From assembly GCF_021028975.2 (NCBI RefSeq), contig NC_059429.1:112406001-112470000 (forward strand): DNA of 64,000 nucleotides, read 5' to 3'. The notes under the pieces are model-generated. The model saw nothing but the letters and a program-made list of their open reading frames with translations. It searched no databases and was not told the DNA's origin. Shown one piece after another: positions 1-11,929 of the stretch. This stretch comes from Sphaerodactylus townsendi. Lineage: Eukaryota. Position 1 is the stretch's first letter. Every line of letters begins with the position of its first letter. The translations under genes and the position numbers were made by a program.

Positions 1-169
1 AAAAATATAGGGATTTTAAAAATAATGTTGGGATTGGAAAAGTTTTATTTAAAAACAAATACTTGGATGACTCCACCCCCATTTTTGGGCCCCTTCTATC
101 ACTGATGAAGTAATACCCATACTATTAGCCATCAAAGTGAAATTACAGGGACCTCATGGTATACACTGG

Positions 170-672
170 TTCAGCTGGTGTTTCACCAACTACATTGCTC
201 CTGGTGGAGTACTGGATCAGGTTCAAGGTTCTGGTACTTAACTTCAGAGCCTTAAACAGTCTGGCGCCAATGTACCTATGGACTGTCTCTCCTGCTCTGC
301 AAATGACAATCTACTAGTGATGCCTGGTCTTTTTTGCCCCTGGCCCCAACCTCGTGGAATGCTCTAGCCAGTGAGACCAAGACCCTGCAGAACCTGATAC
401 AGTTCTGCATGGCCTATAAGACAGAATGGTTCCACCAGGTGTATAGTTGAGGGGACTACCATTTCCCATCAGTCTGGCCTCTCCCACAATACTTCCTCAG
501 TGCCATAAAGTTAGGTTTTAATATTTTCAAATGTTTTAAATGGTCTTAATGTTTCTAAATGTAGTTATATTGTTTATGTTTTAAATTATTTTATCGTGTA
601 TTATGGAAATGTTGAGAGCTTCCTTGAGCCTGTTAGAGAAGGGCAGCATATGAGACCAATACATAAATAAAT
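170..672 (+). mobile_element. L2-clade LINE 3' fragment
   Basis: Degenerate ORF2 C-terminus (LHCLxVEYWIRFKVLVLxFRALNSLAPMYL-like), AT-rich 3'UTR and (TAAA)n tail. Similar to copies at 32830 and 63150. Confidence 0.75.
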
Positions 673-737
673 AAAATCCTGCAAGCGCACATTTCTGGTC
701 CAGTAAAAAGCACAATGCAAACCACCTTGGCTCTTAC

Positions 738-912
738 CAAGTTCTACATCCTGATCATCTGTGAGGACGAGAATGATGTTTGGACGGATATTCCTGCGAT
801 CCCTTTGAAACCGTCCTTTCAGACGCTGGTTTAACAGGAAAGCTGAACTGTCATTCAGCAAGGATAACACAGTCATTACAAATAATCCCACGGCAATGCT
901 GTGCTGTGCCAT
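738..912 (-). CDS. SULF2: SULF2 first coding exon, coding part (signal peptide and start of sulfatase domain); gene continues beyond the left edge of the window
   Basis: Translates [58 protein letters not shown](G), matching the SULF2 N-terminus ([34 protein letters not shown]). ATG at 912-910 in strong Kozak context (AATATGG). Phase-1 donor G|GTAAGAG at 738/737. 175 coding nt. Confidence 0.96.
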
Positions 913-983
913 ATTGCGCTGATTTTGCATGCTCTTCAAACAAAGGTGTGGGGATGTCTTCTATTTCCTCTTCAAAGGCAGAT
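913..983 (-). other. SULF2: 5'UTR portion of SULF2 exon 2
   Basis: Minus-strand acceptor GCTTTTTTTGCCCTGTCAG|ATCTG (AG at 985-984) preceded by a polypyrimidine tract. Confidence 0.8.
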
Positions 984-2943
984 CTGACAGGGCAAAAAAA
1001 GCAAGTAGATAAATGTGAATACAACAGAAACCTCATGAAAAGTAGGTGTAAGAAGGAAGACGACAATTCTGGCAATTACAATATAACCCTAATCAAAGTG
1101 ACACCCTTTTAAATAAATCAAGTCCATAGGTTTAGAATGGTGTCCCTTTGTTAGTATTGCAGAGTTAGACCTATAAATAATTCCAGTTCATAAAGGAGTC
1201 CTTTACTCTCCAACATCCATTACAAGGACAGTATTCAGACACAAATTAAACACGGAAGTTATGTTTATTTTATGCACACAGTATAAAGCAGAGATCTCCA
1301 CTGTGGTTGCTGTGGGCCCCATAGCACCCACCAATACCTTTTTTTGGAGTCCCCCAAGTGTTTTTACACAGTGGGAAAAGTCACATGGGTCTTTTGTCCA
1401 GCTCATGTAAAGGGGATAACAGTTTAAATGCTATTAAAAATGAAGATAGATACTGTCAGGTGTAGGTGTCTTTGCTAGCTCAGTATGTATACTTATTTTG
1501 TGTTCATGCAAGAAAATATTTTTAAATACTATGTCAGTTTTAAAAGGCATCTTGTGAAATGGACCTTCTGCTTGAAATCCTGAAGAGTTACTACAAGACT
1601 TATGAACAGCCCCATTCTTTGACATTTGTGGTTGGCTCCGCCTCATGTGGCAGCCATTTTGTAGTTGCACTGACCACCCTGTGTCAGAATTCCAAAGCTG
1701 CACACAGGGACAAAAAAGACTCATGGTCTAAAGTGTGTGTGTGTATGTGTGAAGTGTATGGCTGGAAACATGCAATGAATTTCTTGCACATGGCAGTCAA
1801 TAGTACAAGTCCACTACATGTCTTGAAATGTTTTGAAAACAAGAACTTCTCCTTCAGATGCTCATCATAGCAAACATATAACATTATGCAATACATATAA
1901 CTGTTGCATGTAGTATAAGCTTGCCATGAAAGAGTTTACCAGTAACAGCATTCAAACAAAATGCATTTTCAGCAAGGAACTTTAACATTACAAACAAAAG
2001 TGCAGAAATCATGTACATTTCTCCTTTTTAAACAACACAGCATTGTTAAACAAAGTCTATGTCTATTTAGTTCTGCTAAACTGAAAAAAATACACCCTTA
2101 TCTGGAATAGTATTCAGTACTGAATACAGATTATGAAATAAAGCGAAATTGAATTAATTGGTGGCTTAAATTGACATACCATAAATTGTCTGCCGAAACA
2201 ACACTTCAGGCAGTAAAACACCCCAGTTAATCACCTAATATAGCATGAATTGAGCATCAGGCTCACACCAGACAGACCCATTTATTTTAGATTTCTACAG
2301 AAAGTGTGCCTACGTTCACCACAACTGGATTTTGTCTTCCAGGGCATGTAGAACCCAGGATTAATTTAGTACAGCACTGCAAAAACAAATTCTGAACTCA
2401 CTGGTTATGTGGGTGGATATTCTATGTTAGGTCAACACCATTTGGGTCATTTTCTCAGGGCTTTGGGTTCATTTTAAGGAGGAGACAAACCACAGAGATC
2501 CCATTATGAACATTTCCCTATTCTCCAGCTGTAACAACCCTAAACCATCAGGAAACAACCAGCATTCCCTATCCCCATCCTCTCACCAAGCAGAGTAGGG
2601 GTTTCATCTTTAAACTTGACAAATTGTGAACAGTCCAGTCATTCATCACGCTGGTGGGCAAAAGGAATCCAACCACAACGATACACAAATCATTGAGGGA
2701 AACTTTAATATCTGACTCACTCAAGAAGATCACGGCTCAAAGTTTTGTTTTAACTCACTCTCTGCTAACCTTTGTTCTTCTTTCTCTAGCGTGCAGTTGT
2801 TTTGAGTCTACCAAATTCAAAACAAGTGTTCTCTACTCTCTCTGCACTCTGACAGGTTTGCTCATCTATCTTTCAGTTGCCTAATTTCTCAAATTTCCCT
2901 ACCCATGGACTCTCTGCTGACTCATTTTTTAGTTATCCCACTT

Positions 2944-3488
2944 TGTTTCTGTATACAGCCCAAAGTGCTCAAACACTGTACCACATTTCTTTCAGTGCCT
3001 CAGTGATAAACAAGGAATGTGTTTTCTACTAGGAATGAGAAGATGAGTCGTAAGGAAGGATGCTTGTGGCAGGACAAGATAAGACAGCTGGATGACTAGG
3101 TTGAATGGCAAGGCTTGTATCAGATTGTCAGTATTGGGCATGCTTAATAGGCTAATACATATTAACTTCCTTTCCTGCTCTGATGACAAACTGTATTATA
3201 ATGAACATTCAGGAAGAATATGGAAAAGAGGCCACATATTAAGGAGGAACATGTAAATAGGCGGACTGGAAAGTTGTGACTCTAAGTACCCTTAGCCAAT
3301 GGGGGAAAGAGAGGGTGTGGCAAATTTGGGAGAAGGGAATAAATATACAGTTGATATACTGCTTTGGCGAACTCTGCCCATGTGAAGACGGCTTCCCTTT
3401 CTTTGGAAATAAGGCTACTTAAAACTCTCTTCTGTTAGCTTGATATTTGGTAAAGAAATATTGGGCACCACACCTCAAGATCTCAACA
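2944..3488 (+). mobile_element. Possible old solo LTR
   Basis: CCAAT (3296), TATA/AATAAA-like element (3338), and a CTCAACA end at 3488. Left boundary and TSD not secure. Confidence 0.3.
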
Positions 3489-4935
3489 ACTCTCTCTTAC
3501 CCACTTGCAGCTCCCCACCTCTCTTTCTCTTTCAATCTTTCATCTTCCCATGTTATCTCTGGAGGTCATGGTGTGCACCTTTCTGACTAATTAAGGCCCT
3601 CAAAGTGACTATTAAAGAGACATTAAAATCAACTTGAAATACACATATGAAACCAGCAACTAAAACAAACAAAAAGAAGGGTAAACAAGGAAACACCACA
3701 CGAAACAAAACACAGCATCCCACTGGACTAAAACAGTGATAGAGGACGACAGAGTGGGAACAGACTGGCCACTATATGAGGCAGGATGCTGGACCAGATG
3801 GACCACTAATCTGATCTAGAAGGCCTTCACTTTATTCTATGACAGATGAATCTCCCCACCCTCCGCTGGGGAGGGAGTTCCACAGTTGTGGTGCCATGAC
3901 CAAGAGGACTCTTTTCTTAGGTTGCCACCCATCTTTCAGTGCTGAAGCAAGACCCCTAAAGATGACTTTAGTGGCCAGGTAGGTTCATATAGGAGCAAGA
4001 AGCCCTTAAAATATGCTATTCTTAAGCCATATAGGGATTTAAATGTTACATACTGCAAAACCCAGTGTCTTACTAAAGAAGCTTTCTAGCAATCAGAACT
4101 TCCAAGGAATACAGTCTGCTTCTAGATATTATCTGGCAAGGTGTCAAGTGTGAAAGTATGCCTGTGAGGAACACAGAACAGAAGAAGAGCAACAGAGGAA
4201 AAACTACATGTAACAGAAGGAAAGCCTCCTCTATTGCAGTAGCAACAGAAAACGTGGCTACATATCCCAAATGTAGCAGAGGAGCACTGGGTCAGAATAT
4301 CCTTAATAGACTTTATGAATTCCCTCCAGTGAAACCTTTGGAATCAGCAATGAACACAGGAAGCATCACATCAGATTCACAGCACAGAAAGTAGGCCAAT
4401 TTAGACTTCTCAGCTGAGCTGGGGAACAATGTGCTCCTCAGTTCCATCCTACCTTGAAACTGCAGTATTAGTGGTCCTTGGCCAGCCAATCAAACCTGTA
4501 AAGGAGCTCTCACAACAGCCCAGGGAGTCCAAACCAATATTAAGAGTGTCCAGAATCTAAAGTGAGGAGGAGACCTAATAAGCTTTTTGGTTGCACCTCC
4601 CCCTACTCCAGAAGTTGGAGCCAATAAACGAATAAGGTCAGTCTCTTTGCAGGTCAAGGGGAGAGGGTCAGGAGCAACAGTTAAGATTGCACTTGCTTAT
4701 TCTCCCTAGCCTTCACAGTGAAAGACAGTATCTTGAGGAAGAGGTATTAGCTTTCGTGCAATTGAAAAGTATCACAAGGAATGAAGACTAGCACTCAAGA
4801 TACTCATAGAGTGTACTCCGTAGTCATTGAACAAAGCAAGCACCTCATTCTGGGATAAGCTCATGGGTGAATATCCTTGCTTGCACTCTTGGCCCCTTCA
4901 TCCAGGTCACAAGCACGGCCTTAATCACTCTATAT

Positions 4936-5311
4936 CAGTGGTGGTGAACCTCTGGCACGCGTGCCAGAGGTGGCATTCAGAGCCCTCTATGTGGGCATGC
5001 GCACACAGAGTTCGTCATGTAGGGGGAGCAGAAAATCACCCCCTCCCCCCGCGTGCGCATGCACCCATACATATCTAAGCTGGTCTTGCTTCTGAGTAAA
5101 CCCTCCTAGGGTCATGATTCACCCATTTGAGGCATTGCACGGTTGCTTCACCAAGCTTACTCCCGAGTAATGCATGCCTCGGAGCAAACTGTTTTTTCTA
5201 AACTAAAACTTCAGTATTTAGGTTAAATTGCCATGTTGGCACTTTGCGATAAATAAGTGGGTTTTGGGTTGCAATTTGGGCACTCGGTCTCGAAAAGGTT
5301 CGCCATCACTG
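4936..5311 (+). mobile_element. Non-autonomous hAT (Charlie-group) element, hAT1-like; internally deleted relative to the copy at 62089
   Basis: TIRs CAGTGGTGGTGAACC / GGTTCGCCATCACTG; perfect 8-bp TSD CTCTATAT (4928-4935, 5312-5319). Confidence 0.9.
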
Positions 5312-6467
5312 CTCTATATCCTACCATTTCCTCAATAAATTATCATGTCTTCAATCAACAGGACCAGCAATTCTTGGGCACAAGAATTAGAGCCATTTTT
5401 ACTAATGCCCGTTCTTCACTCTAGAATGTGGATAATACCTCAAGAAACTATGGGCCTTTCCGTACTGCACAAATGAAATGTCCTGTGGCCGTTTTAAGAA
5501 GACTTTTGGGGAGGAACTCTGCACAGCATTCTCCCCAAAACACCTTTGCTGTCTGGACAGCTCACCATCAAGCACCTCACTTTCGGATGTCCCCCAGGCA
5601 TCTTCTTTTGGGCGAGTGGAGTGCAAAGAAGCAGTTGCCTCTTTTTCAGACATCCCTTGGGCGTCTTTTTTGTGCTGAGCGGAAAGGACCTATATTTCTC
5701 TGAAAGATGGATTTTAATCCTGGCATTGTCAGACATGGGCAGGGAAACTATAAAGGAAGACAACTTGCTAAAAAGAAATGAGCAGAAGTTTCTCGTCACC
5801 TGTTTAAAAAACGAAGGCTGACCTTGAAGACTTTATAAGCTTTAGAATAGAACACACTAGTGTGTCTACTCTGGGTTGAACAATTCCTGGAGATTTACAA
5901 TCTCTATACTCCAAGTCATAGGGAAAGGACCTGTTGTCAGTCTGCCTCTGTCAGTCCTGCGCCATTCTCGGCCTGGCAGCTTGCACGTCCGCACCAAGGC
6001 CACAGCTGGCCCAGCCATTATCATTGCCCGAGGCGAAGGAGGCCTCCCCCTGCTTGCACGTAACTAGTCAATAGAGCTTAAACATTCACTCTTATTTGCC
6101 TTCCTCCGAAGGAGTGAACCGCCTGTCCATAAATAATGCTTCTGTTCCCACCATCCTTTATAACGCTGATATTACGGGAATGCGAGGGTGGGGGGGATTA
6201 TGGATTGAACCATACTGTAACTTACAGGTAAATACCAGAGGTCAGAGAGCCAAACTTTAGTTTCGGCTATCTGAGCCTTGGGCTGACATGGTTCCAATAA
6301 AGCTCTTGAAAACCTTCTCGAGTCTTGTTTGATGACCGGAGTAACAGACTCTAACAGTCTCCTGGAACACGGTAGAGCTCCCCACAGCCGTGTGATGCCT
6401 TTCAGTCATTAGGTCCATGGGCAGCTGAGAAAAATGCATTGTGAAGATTACACTGGTGGGCCACTGC

Positions 6468-6540
6468 AAGTAGCAGAATGCTGGACTAGATGGACTCTGG
6501 TCTGATCCAGCAGGCTAGTTCTTATGTTCTTATGTTCTTA
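6468..6540 (+). mobile_element. CR1 LINE 3' end
   Basis: GCTGGACTAGATGGACTCTGGTCTGATCCAGCAGG hairpin plus (TTCTTATG)n tail. Confidence 0.8.
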
Positions 6541-6794
6541 CACTACAAGCAGTGGTGAAGTCCTATCTGCAAGTGTGTTGGGGACTTTACTCTTTCTGCG
6601 TGGCTGTTTTACAAACCTAAGTGCTAGTTACGCTTGTTTGATCAGCAGTATCATGCTGTGCTGCTTCCCAACATAGTTAGAATGGTCTCTATTAGTTTGC
6701 AAGGCCTTCTCAGTGGTGGCTCAAACCTTATAAAATTGCAATGTACACTAGGGTCTTTAGGAAAACCTGTAAGGCAGTTGTTTTTGGAGCACCT

Positions 6795-6975
6795 TTTGTT
6801 AAACTAGATCTTGGAGATCTAGGTTCAAATCCCCACTGGTTGACCTCGGGCCACATACTGTCAGCCTAACCCATCTCACAGGGTTCCCGTGAGGATAAAA
6901 TGGAGGAGAAAATAACACAAACCACTGTTGTGTCCTCATTGTGAAGAAAGGGGTACAAATGAAATAAATCAATAA
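6795..6975 (+). mobile_element. Old tRNA/CORE-type SINE
   Basis: B-box GGTTCAAATCC, CORE-like TGACCTCGGGC...CAGCCTAACCCATCTCACAGGGT, A-rich tail. Confidence 0.65.
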
Positions 6976-8283
6976 TTTTTAAAATTAGCAAGTGGTAAAG
7001 TACTTTGGAAGCTTATGTGTAGTTCTGATTTCAAACTCTTTAGTGGTTACTGGCGCCATTGTTGATTTTATTGTGAATCACCTGAGTTAGGATTACAAAC
7101 AGTCTTACAAATTCAAACAGATTCCCTACATGTGGAAATATCACTTTGCATGAATTTACTTGCTTCCTTATCATTTGGTAGTACAGACTGACACATGTTA
7201 TTATGGAGAACTCTGTGCCTTGCTCACACAGAGTTTTCACATTTACACATTTACCCTACATAGACTGCATGTGTAAAACCACTACCCCATGTACACTTTA
7301 AAAATCTGCACTGTACATTCATAATGCAGCAGGATTGTATCCACTTGTCACATTCTCACTGCCTTTGGTTCAACAAAATTTCTGCAGGAAGCCCTTTGGG
7401 CTACAAGCACCCATAAATAGTATAAATAATTTTTGTGAATTCCCAGCGACTTGGATAAGCTATAAACATCTCCTTGTTTGCAGTGGTTTACTGCAGATAT
7501 TTGGCTAAACACACGTAAGGAGAAAAGGCCAATAGGCACAACCCCATTCCTTCCAATGTGTGTACTTTTAATGCCTATATAGTCCTATGCTCACAACTAT
7601 ATACATGATCATTCAATGTGTGTACCAAAGCACGTGTAATATGGATTTTGGAGGCTACCAATCTCCAAATACAAAATGTGTCTGAATGTCCCCCGCATAA
7701 GCAAATGTATGCAGTATGGAATAATGCATGAAAGGTCAATTGTGAAACAGATGGGTTTATTAATGCTGATCTCAAGAAACAATATGCATGTAGGAAATTC
7801 AGAGTGAGCAAAACAGCTCTGGTCCTTGTGTCATGAACAGAATGTTGTTTGTAAAGGATATGAAGCTTCACATGTTTCCTCCCTCTTTCTCTCATGTACT
7901 TTTGCCAAGAACTGGAATTAGCTGAAGATTAATGCCTCTATCAGATCAGTTGGAGCAGTGTCATAGAGTGGTTAGAATGGTTGACGAGGATCAGAGAGGC
8001 CCAGATTGAAATCCTCTCTGCCCTGCAGCATTTCTGGTGACCTTAGACCAATCATATACTCTTCGCCTTCTCTAATTCAGTTGTGAGAAGCAATTAAGTA
8101 CAAAGAACAACACATACCGTCCTGAGCTCCCTGGAAGAAGGATAAGATAATAATGTCTTAGATGGGTACAAGACTTCCAAGTTCAGTTAATTATGCCATT
8201 CAAATTAATTAACTACCATCTTCTGTCTTGGAAGTTGGAAGAGTAAGAAATGAGCACAACAAGGAATTAGCCGAAGTTTTGTT

Positions 8284-8570
8284 GAAGGCTTTCATGGCCA
8301 GAATCAACTGGTTATTGTGGGTTTTGTGGGTTGTGTGGCTGTGGTCTGGTAGCTTTTGTCCCTAAACTTTCATCCAAATGTATGGCTGTCATCTTCAGAG
8401 GCATGCCATAGTAAGTTGTGTTTGTCTCCATAGCACACATACCCTCTGTGGAAACACTTCTTACCATGATATCCTTCTGAAGATGCCAGCCATTGATGCG
8501 GGAGAAATATTAGGAGCAAAAACTACTAGATCATGGTCACACTGCCCAGAAAACCCACAACAGCCAGTTA
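8284..8570. mobile_element. Penelope-like element remnant, inverted-repeat form with two degenerate hammerhead motifs
   Basis: Arms AACTGGTTATTGTGGGTTTT...CATCTTCAGAGG and CCTTCTGAAGATGCCAGCC...AAAACCCACAACAGCCAGTT are reverse complements; same family as 16887 and 46497. Confidence 0.75.
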
Positions 8571-9379
8571 ACCAAAGTTTGCCCCTGCCTTGAACAACTT
8601 TGTTTATATTTGATATCAGCTGCCATGCTAGTCGTGGTAGCCAAAATAAAGGCTTAGATTCAAAGGGCCATTTCTACTTGTGGAAGTTCATTTTGCCCTT
8701 TCACCACAGCAATTTTGGCCCCCATGATGTTCCTTCAGGCCACTGATACAAGAGAATATAATTTTAGGAGTACCAAAAAATTGCAGCGAGAAGAGGCAGG
8801 GACAGGAGCATCACTGATTACTCAGCATGCCTCCTAGCGAAAGAGTTTTATGGCATCTTAAAGACTGGGAAATTTATTGGGGCATAAGGCTTCATGAACC
8901 AGAACCCATTTCAATTATAAACTTCATGCACAGGACAAAGCAAATTTTAACTCACAAAAGCTAAGGCTACAATATTTATTTAGAGTATTTATGTGGTCTG
9001 CATTCATCTGTTAAGCCCATTAAAACAAGTAATTAGAACAGATTACTATTAAAGTGCCACAGGACTTTGTCATTTTCACATAAGTACTTCCTTTCAAATA
9101 TAGAGAGCTTACTTTTCTTATTTGCTCATTATTAGTTAGGTTTTTCAAAAGAAAATATGCAAGTCATACGACTCCCAGCGGTGCCGGCTGGATACCCAAC
9201 CAACGGGGCAACGCTCTGCAGTGATAGGCGGTGCAACGCACCAGCTGCAGTATCAATGGTCGCATCATCATGACACTGTCAAATGGGGCGTTCCCCTCAG
9301 GCGACGTGCATCACCGATGCCCCGGGGGTGTAAAAAGTCAGCAAGGGCTACCTACCCAAGGACAGGGTAGGCTACAGAA

Positions 9380-9530
9380 GATAAGAACATAAGAACATAA
9401 GAAAGAGCCTGCTGGATCAGACCAGAGTCCATCTAGTCCAGCTCTCTGCTACTCGCAGTGGCCCACCAGGTGCCTTTGGGAGCTCACTTGCAGGAGGTGA
9501 AAGCAATGGCCTTCTGCTGCTGCTGCTCCC
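9380..9530 (-). mobile_element. CR1 LINE 3' end
   Basis: (ATAAGAAC)n tail and 3'UTR nearly identical to the CR1 at 29588-29730. Confidence 0.85.
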
Positions 9531-10616
9531 GCTACGCTTAGCAACTTTAAATATTGGAACACTGACTGGACGAACCCGTGAACTAGCAAATATGATGTTA
9601 TATGACCTCACAAGATTTTGCTTACTAATTATCACTATTATTATCTTTGTCTTGAATTCCTGCTGCCTTCAAAATAAAACAGCAAGTCTGCTGAGCCAGA
9701 TGTCACATTTTTTTGATAAAATGCTGGTCTGTAGAATTTGTTGTACAAGTGGTAGAGTAGCAAATGTACGTTATTTGTCAAATGGTTTTACTTGCAGTTT
9801 CCTATGGATGTTTACCACTTTAAAATTACAGTTATTTGTGAGAGCATAACGCAGTATGCTTGCTTTCAAACATCTTTAACCAAAATAATTACTTTCCAGC
9901 TTACCTTCCCTGCACAGATGTTTAAACTATTTTCACACATTACTTCTCTGTCATTATCAAAATAAGTACTCTTCATAGGTCCCCTTCGCAAAGAACTGAA
10001 AGCCTGCAATCAGAATGTGTTTTGCACATAATAACTAGGTAGGCCTGGAAGAACGTTTATGAAATATTTCCTCCTGAAACGTGTGTCTGAATGTGGCAGA
10101 GACAGACTGCTTGTTAACTCCACATTACCTGTGAAACCTAATTAACTACTCAAGATTGCTCACAGAAGTCACAACAGAAGAGATACCTGCATTCAGAGTG
10201 GTCAAGAGACCATCCTAGAGAAAAAGCATCGCAGCTAAGTTCTTTTCAGTGATTAAGACTGGAGAAGGTAGGATTGTGTTAAGACAAGGCAAAAGGAGCA
10301 CAGGACAATTCACGTCAGTAAAACAGCAATAGTTGAATAGATCCATGGTACCCCTTGGCAAGTGGTGAAGTACTGGTATAATTGCTACACAACTTCTCAG
10401 ACATGCCATTCAAGTCATATCATATTGAGACATGACCTAACTCATTTCTGAAAAATCAGTCGTCTGGGCAAAACGGTGGCCATCATTTACATCAGCCTCA
10501 AGCTTTCTCTGGCTTCCACAGTGGTGGAGCTCTAGTAGTCCACCAGAGATATAGAAAGCTGCTCAGCACACTCAAAAAACCCTACTTAATGTGGCCCAAG
10601 ACAGACTCTTGTGACA

Positions 10617-10709
10617 GGCTAGCAAGTCTTTAATCAATGGCAGTGGGCATTGATTGGAGGTGGAAATGACATCCAGTCCTCTATAATCTGTACATAATCT
10701 TAGGGACCC
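10617..10709 (-). mobile_element. Ty3/Gypsy reverse-transcriptase fragment
   Basis: Translates GSLRLCTDYRGLDVISTSNQCPLPLIKDLLA, the Gypsy RT N-terminal signature (GSLRLCxDYRxLNxxTxxNxYPLPLIxDLL). Confidence 0.8.
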
Positions 10710-11731
10710 CCGTTAAAGATTCCTATCAATGAATGCCTACAATGCCTCCATCTCCCAGGGGCTCATGGACAACAGTAAACAGCCCCTGATATCAACTCAA
10801 TAGCACAGTCAGTCTTACAACTGGGGGAGGCAGGAGGTTGGACTCTACCTCCCCAAACACATCACAAAGATCTCTGTATTCTGCAAGGACCTCCTCCAGA
10901 ACCTCCTTGGTTATTCCTGCTCAAAGTAAAAAAACAAACAAAAACCCAATTTCTTCCCAAAAAAACCCCATAGGGGAAAACTGGGATATGCCATGGAAAA
11001 TGTGGTGTATCTCTGAGCTGGCTCCGTCAACACAAGAGTGCCAGGCAAGCCTGTGAAAGTCAACAAAAGAATCCAAGGATCCAAGTCAACAAAAGAATCC
11101 AACAAAAGAATTTATACAAAGATGCAAACAATGATCTCTCTTCATAGTTAATAAGGTGTAATAATAAATGATCAAGACGTTCTGCATTGTGGAACTTGCA
11201 GTCTTCACAAATCCATACTTTCTCATTCTAGAGGAGGGAAAATAGCAATCTGTTCCATTTTTTTCTGAGAATAAAATATGGCTCATGGCCTCTTCAAAAT
11301 TACCAATGTAAAAATGGTGGTTCCTTGTTAATGGGCAAGGCCGACCAGGATCCTTGGAGTCTGCTCTTAAGATAAAACTGGTTGAACCATATTAAAGTGT
11401 TCAACTGACTCTGGTGTAATGGAGGCTTGTTAGCACCATCCTCTTACTAAAAGAATTTGCTGAAGAGTGTGACGGACTTTGGATTCACAGGTGGGAACAT
11501 GGTCCAAAAGAACAGGTGGGAACATGGTCCAAAAGAACTGAAAACCAGGAAAGGGCATACTGAAATAAGTGACGGAAACAACACAATGCCTATGATAAAA
11601 TGCTTAAGGAACTGGGTGTGTTGAATATAGGGGAATGGAAACACGTTGCCATTCTTCAAACATTTAAGCTGAGGGGCAATAACCTGGACCAGCTTTCTTA
11701 TCCAACTTCACATACAGCCAGCTCCTGCATG

Positions 11732-11919
11732 CAGTGGTGTAGTGCCCACAAGGTGGGGCGGGGCGGTGACGCCCTGGGCAGAGCAGCGGCGGAGGCATTG
11801 CCGGGCCATTGAGGGGGCATTTCAGGGACGTTCCAGAGCTTTCTGGGAAAGGCAATGATGTGGCCGGGGCACAGGGCACATGTGTGCCACGGGTGCAATT
11901 TCCCCTCGTTCCGCCTCTA
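11732..11919. mobile_element. GC-rich hAT MITE
   Basis: Perfect 8-bp TSD CCTGCATG (11724-11731, 11920-11927); imperfect TIRs CAGTGGTGTA / TTCCGCCTCTA. Related to the copies at 51305, 52734 and 59806. Confidence 0.8.
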
Positions 11920-11929
11920 CCTGCATGTC

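Noticed and set aside
601-939. 112-aa ORF as a complete small gene, or as SULF1
   Set aside because: It is one exon: similarity ends at the GTAAG donor (737) and the tail reads into intron/L2. The N-terminus matches SULF2 ([12 protein letters not shown]), not SULF1 (RFRGRIQQERKN).
11058-11540. Short direct repeats (AAGTCAACAAAAGAATCCAA; ACAGGTGGGAACATGGTCCAAAAGA) as a CRISPR-like array
   Set aside because: Only two or three copies without a series of unique spacers, in eukaryotic DNA; simple slippage duplications like those at 15009, 53588 and 54945.
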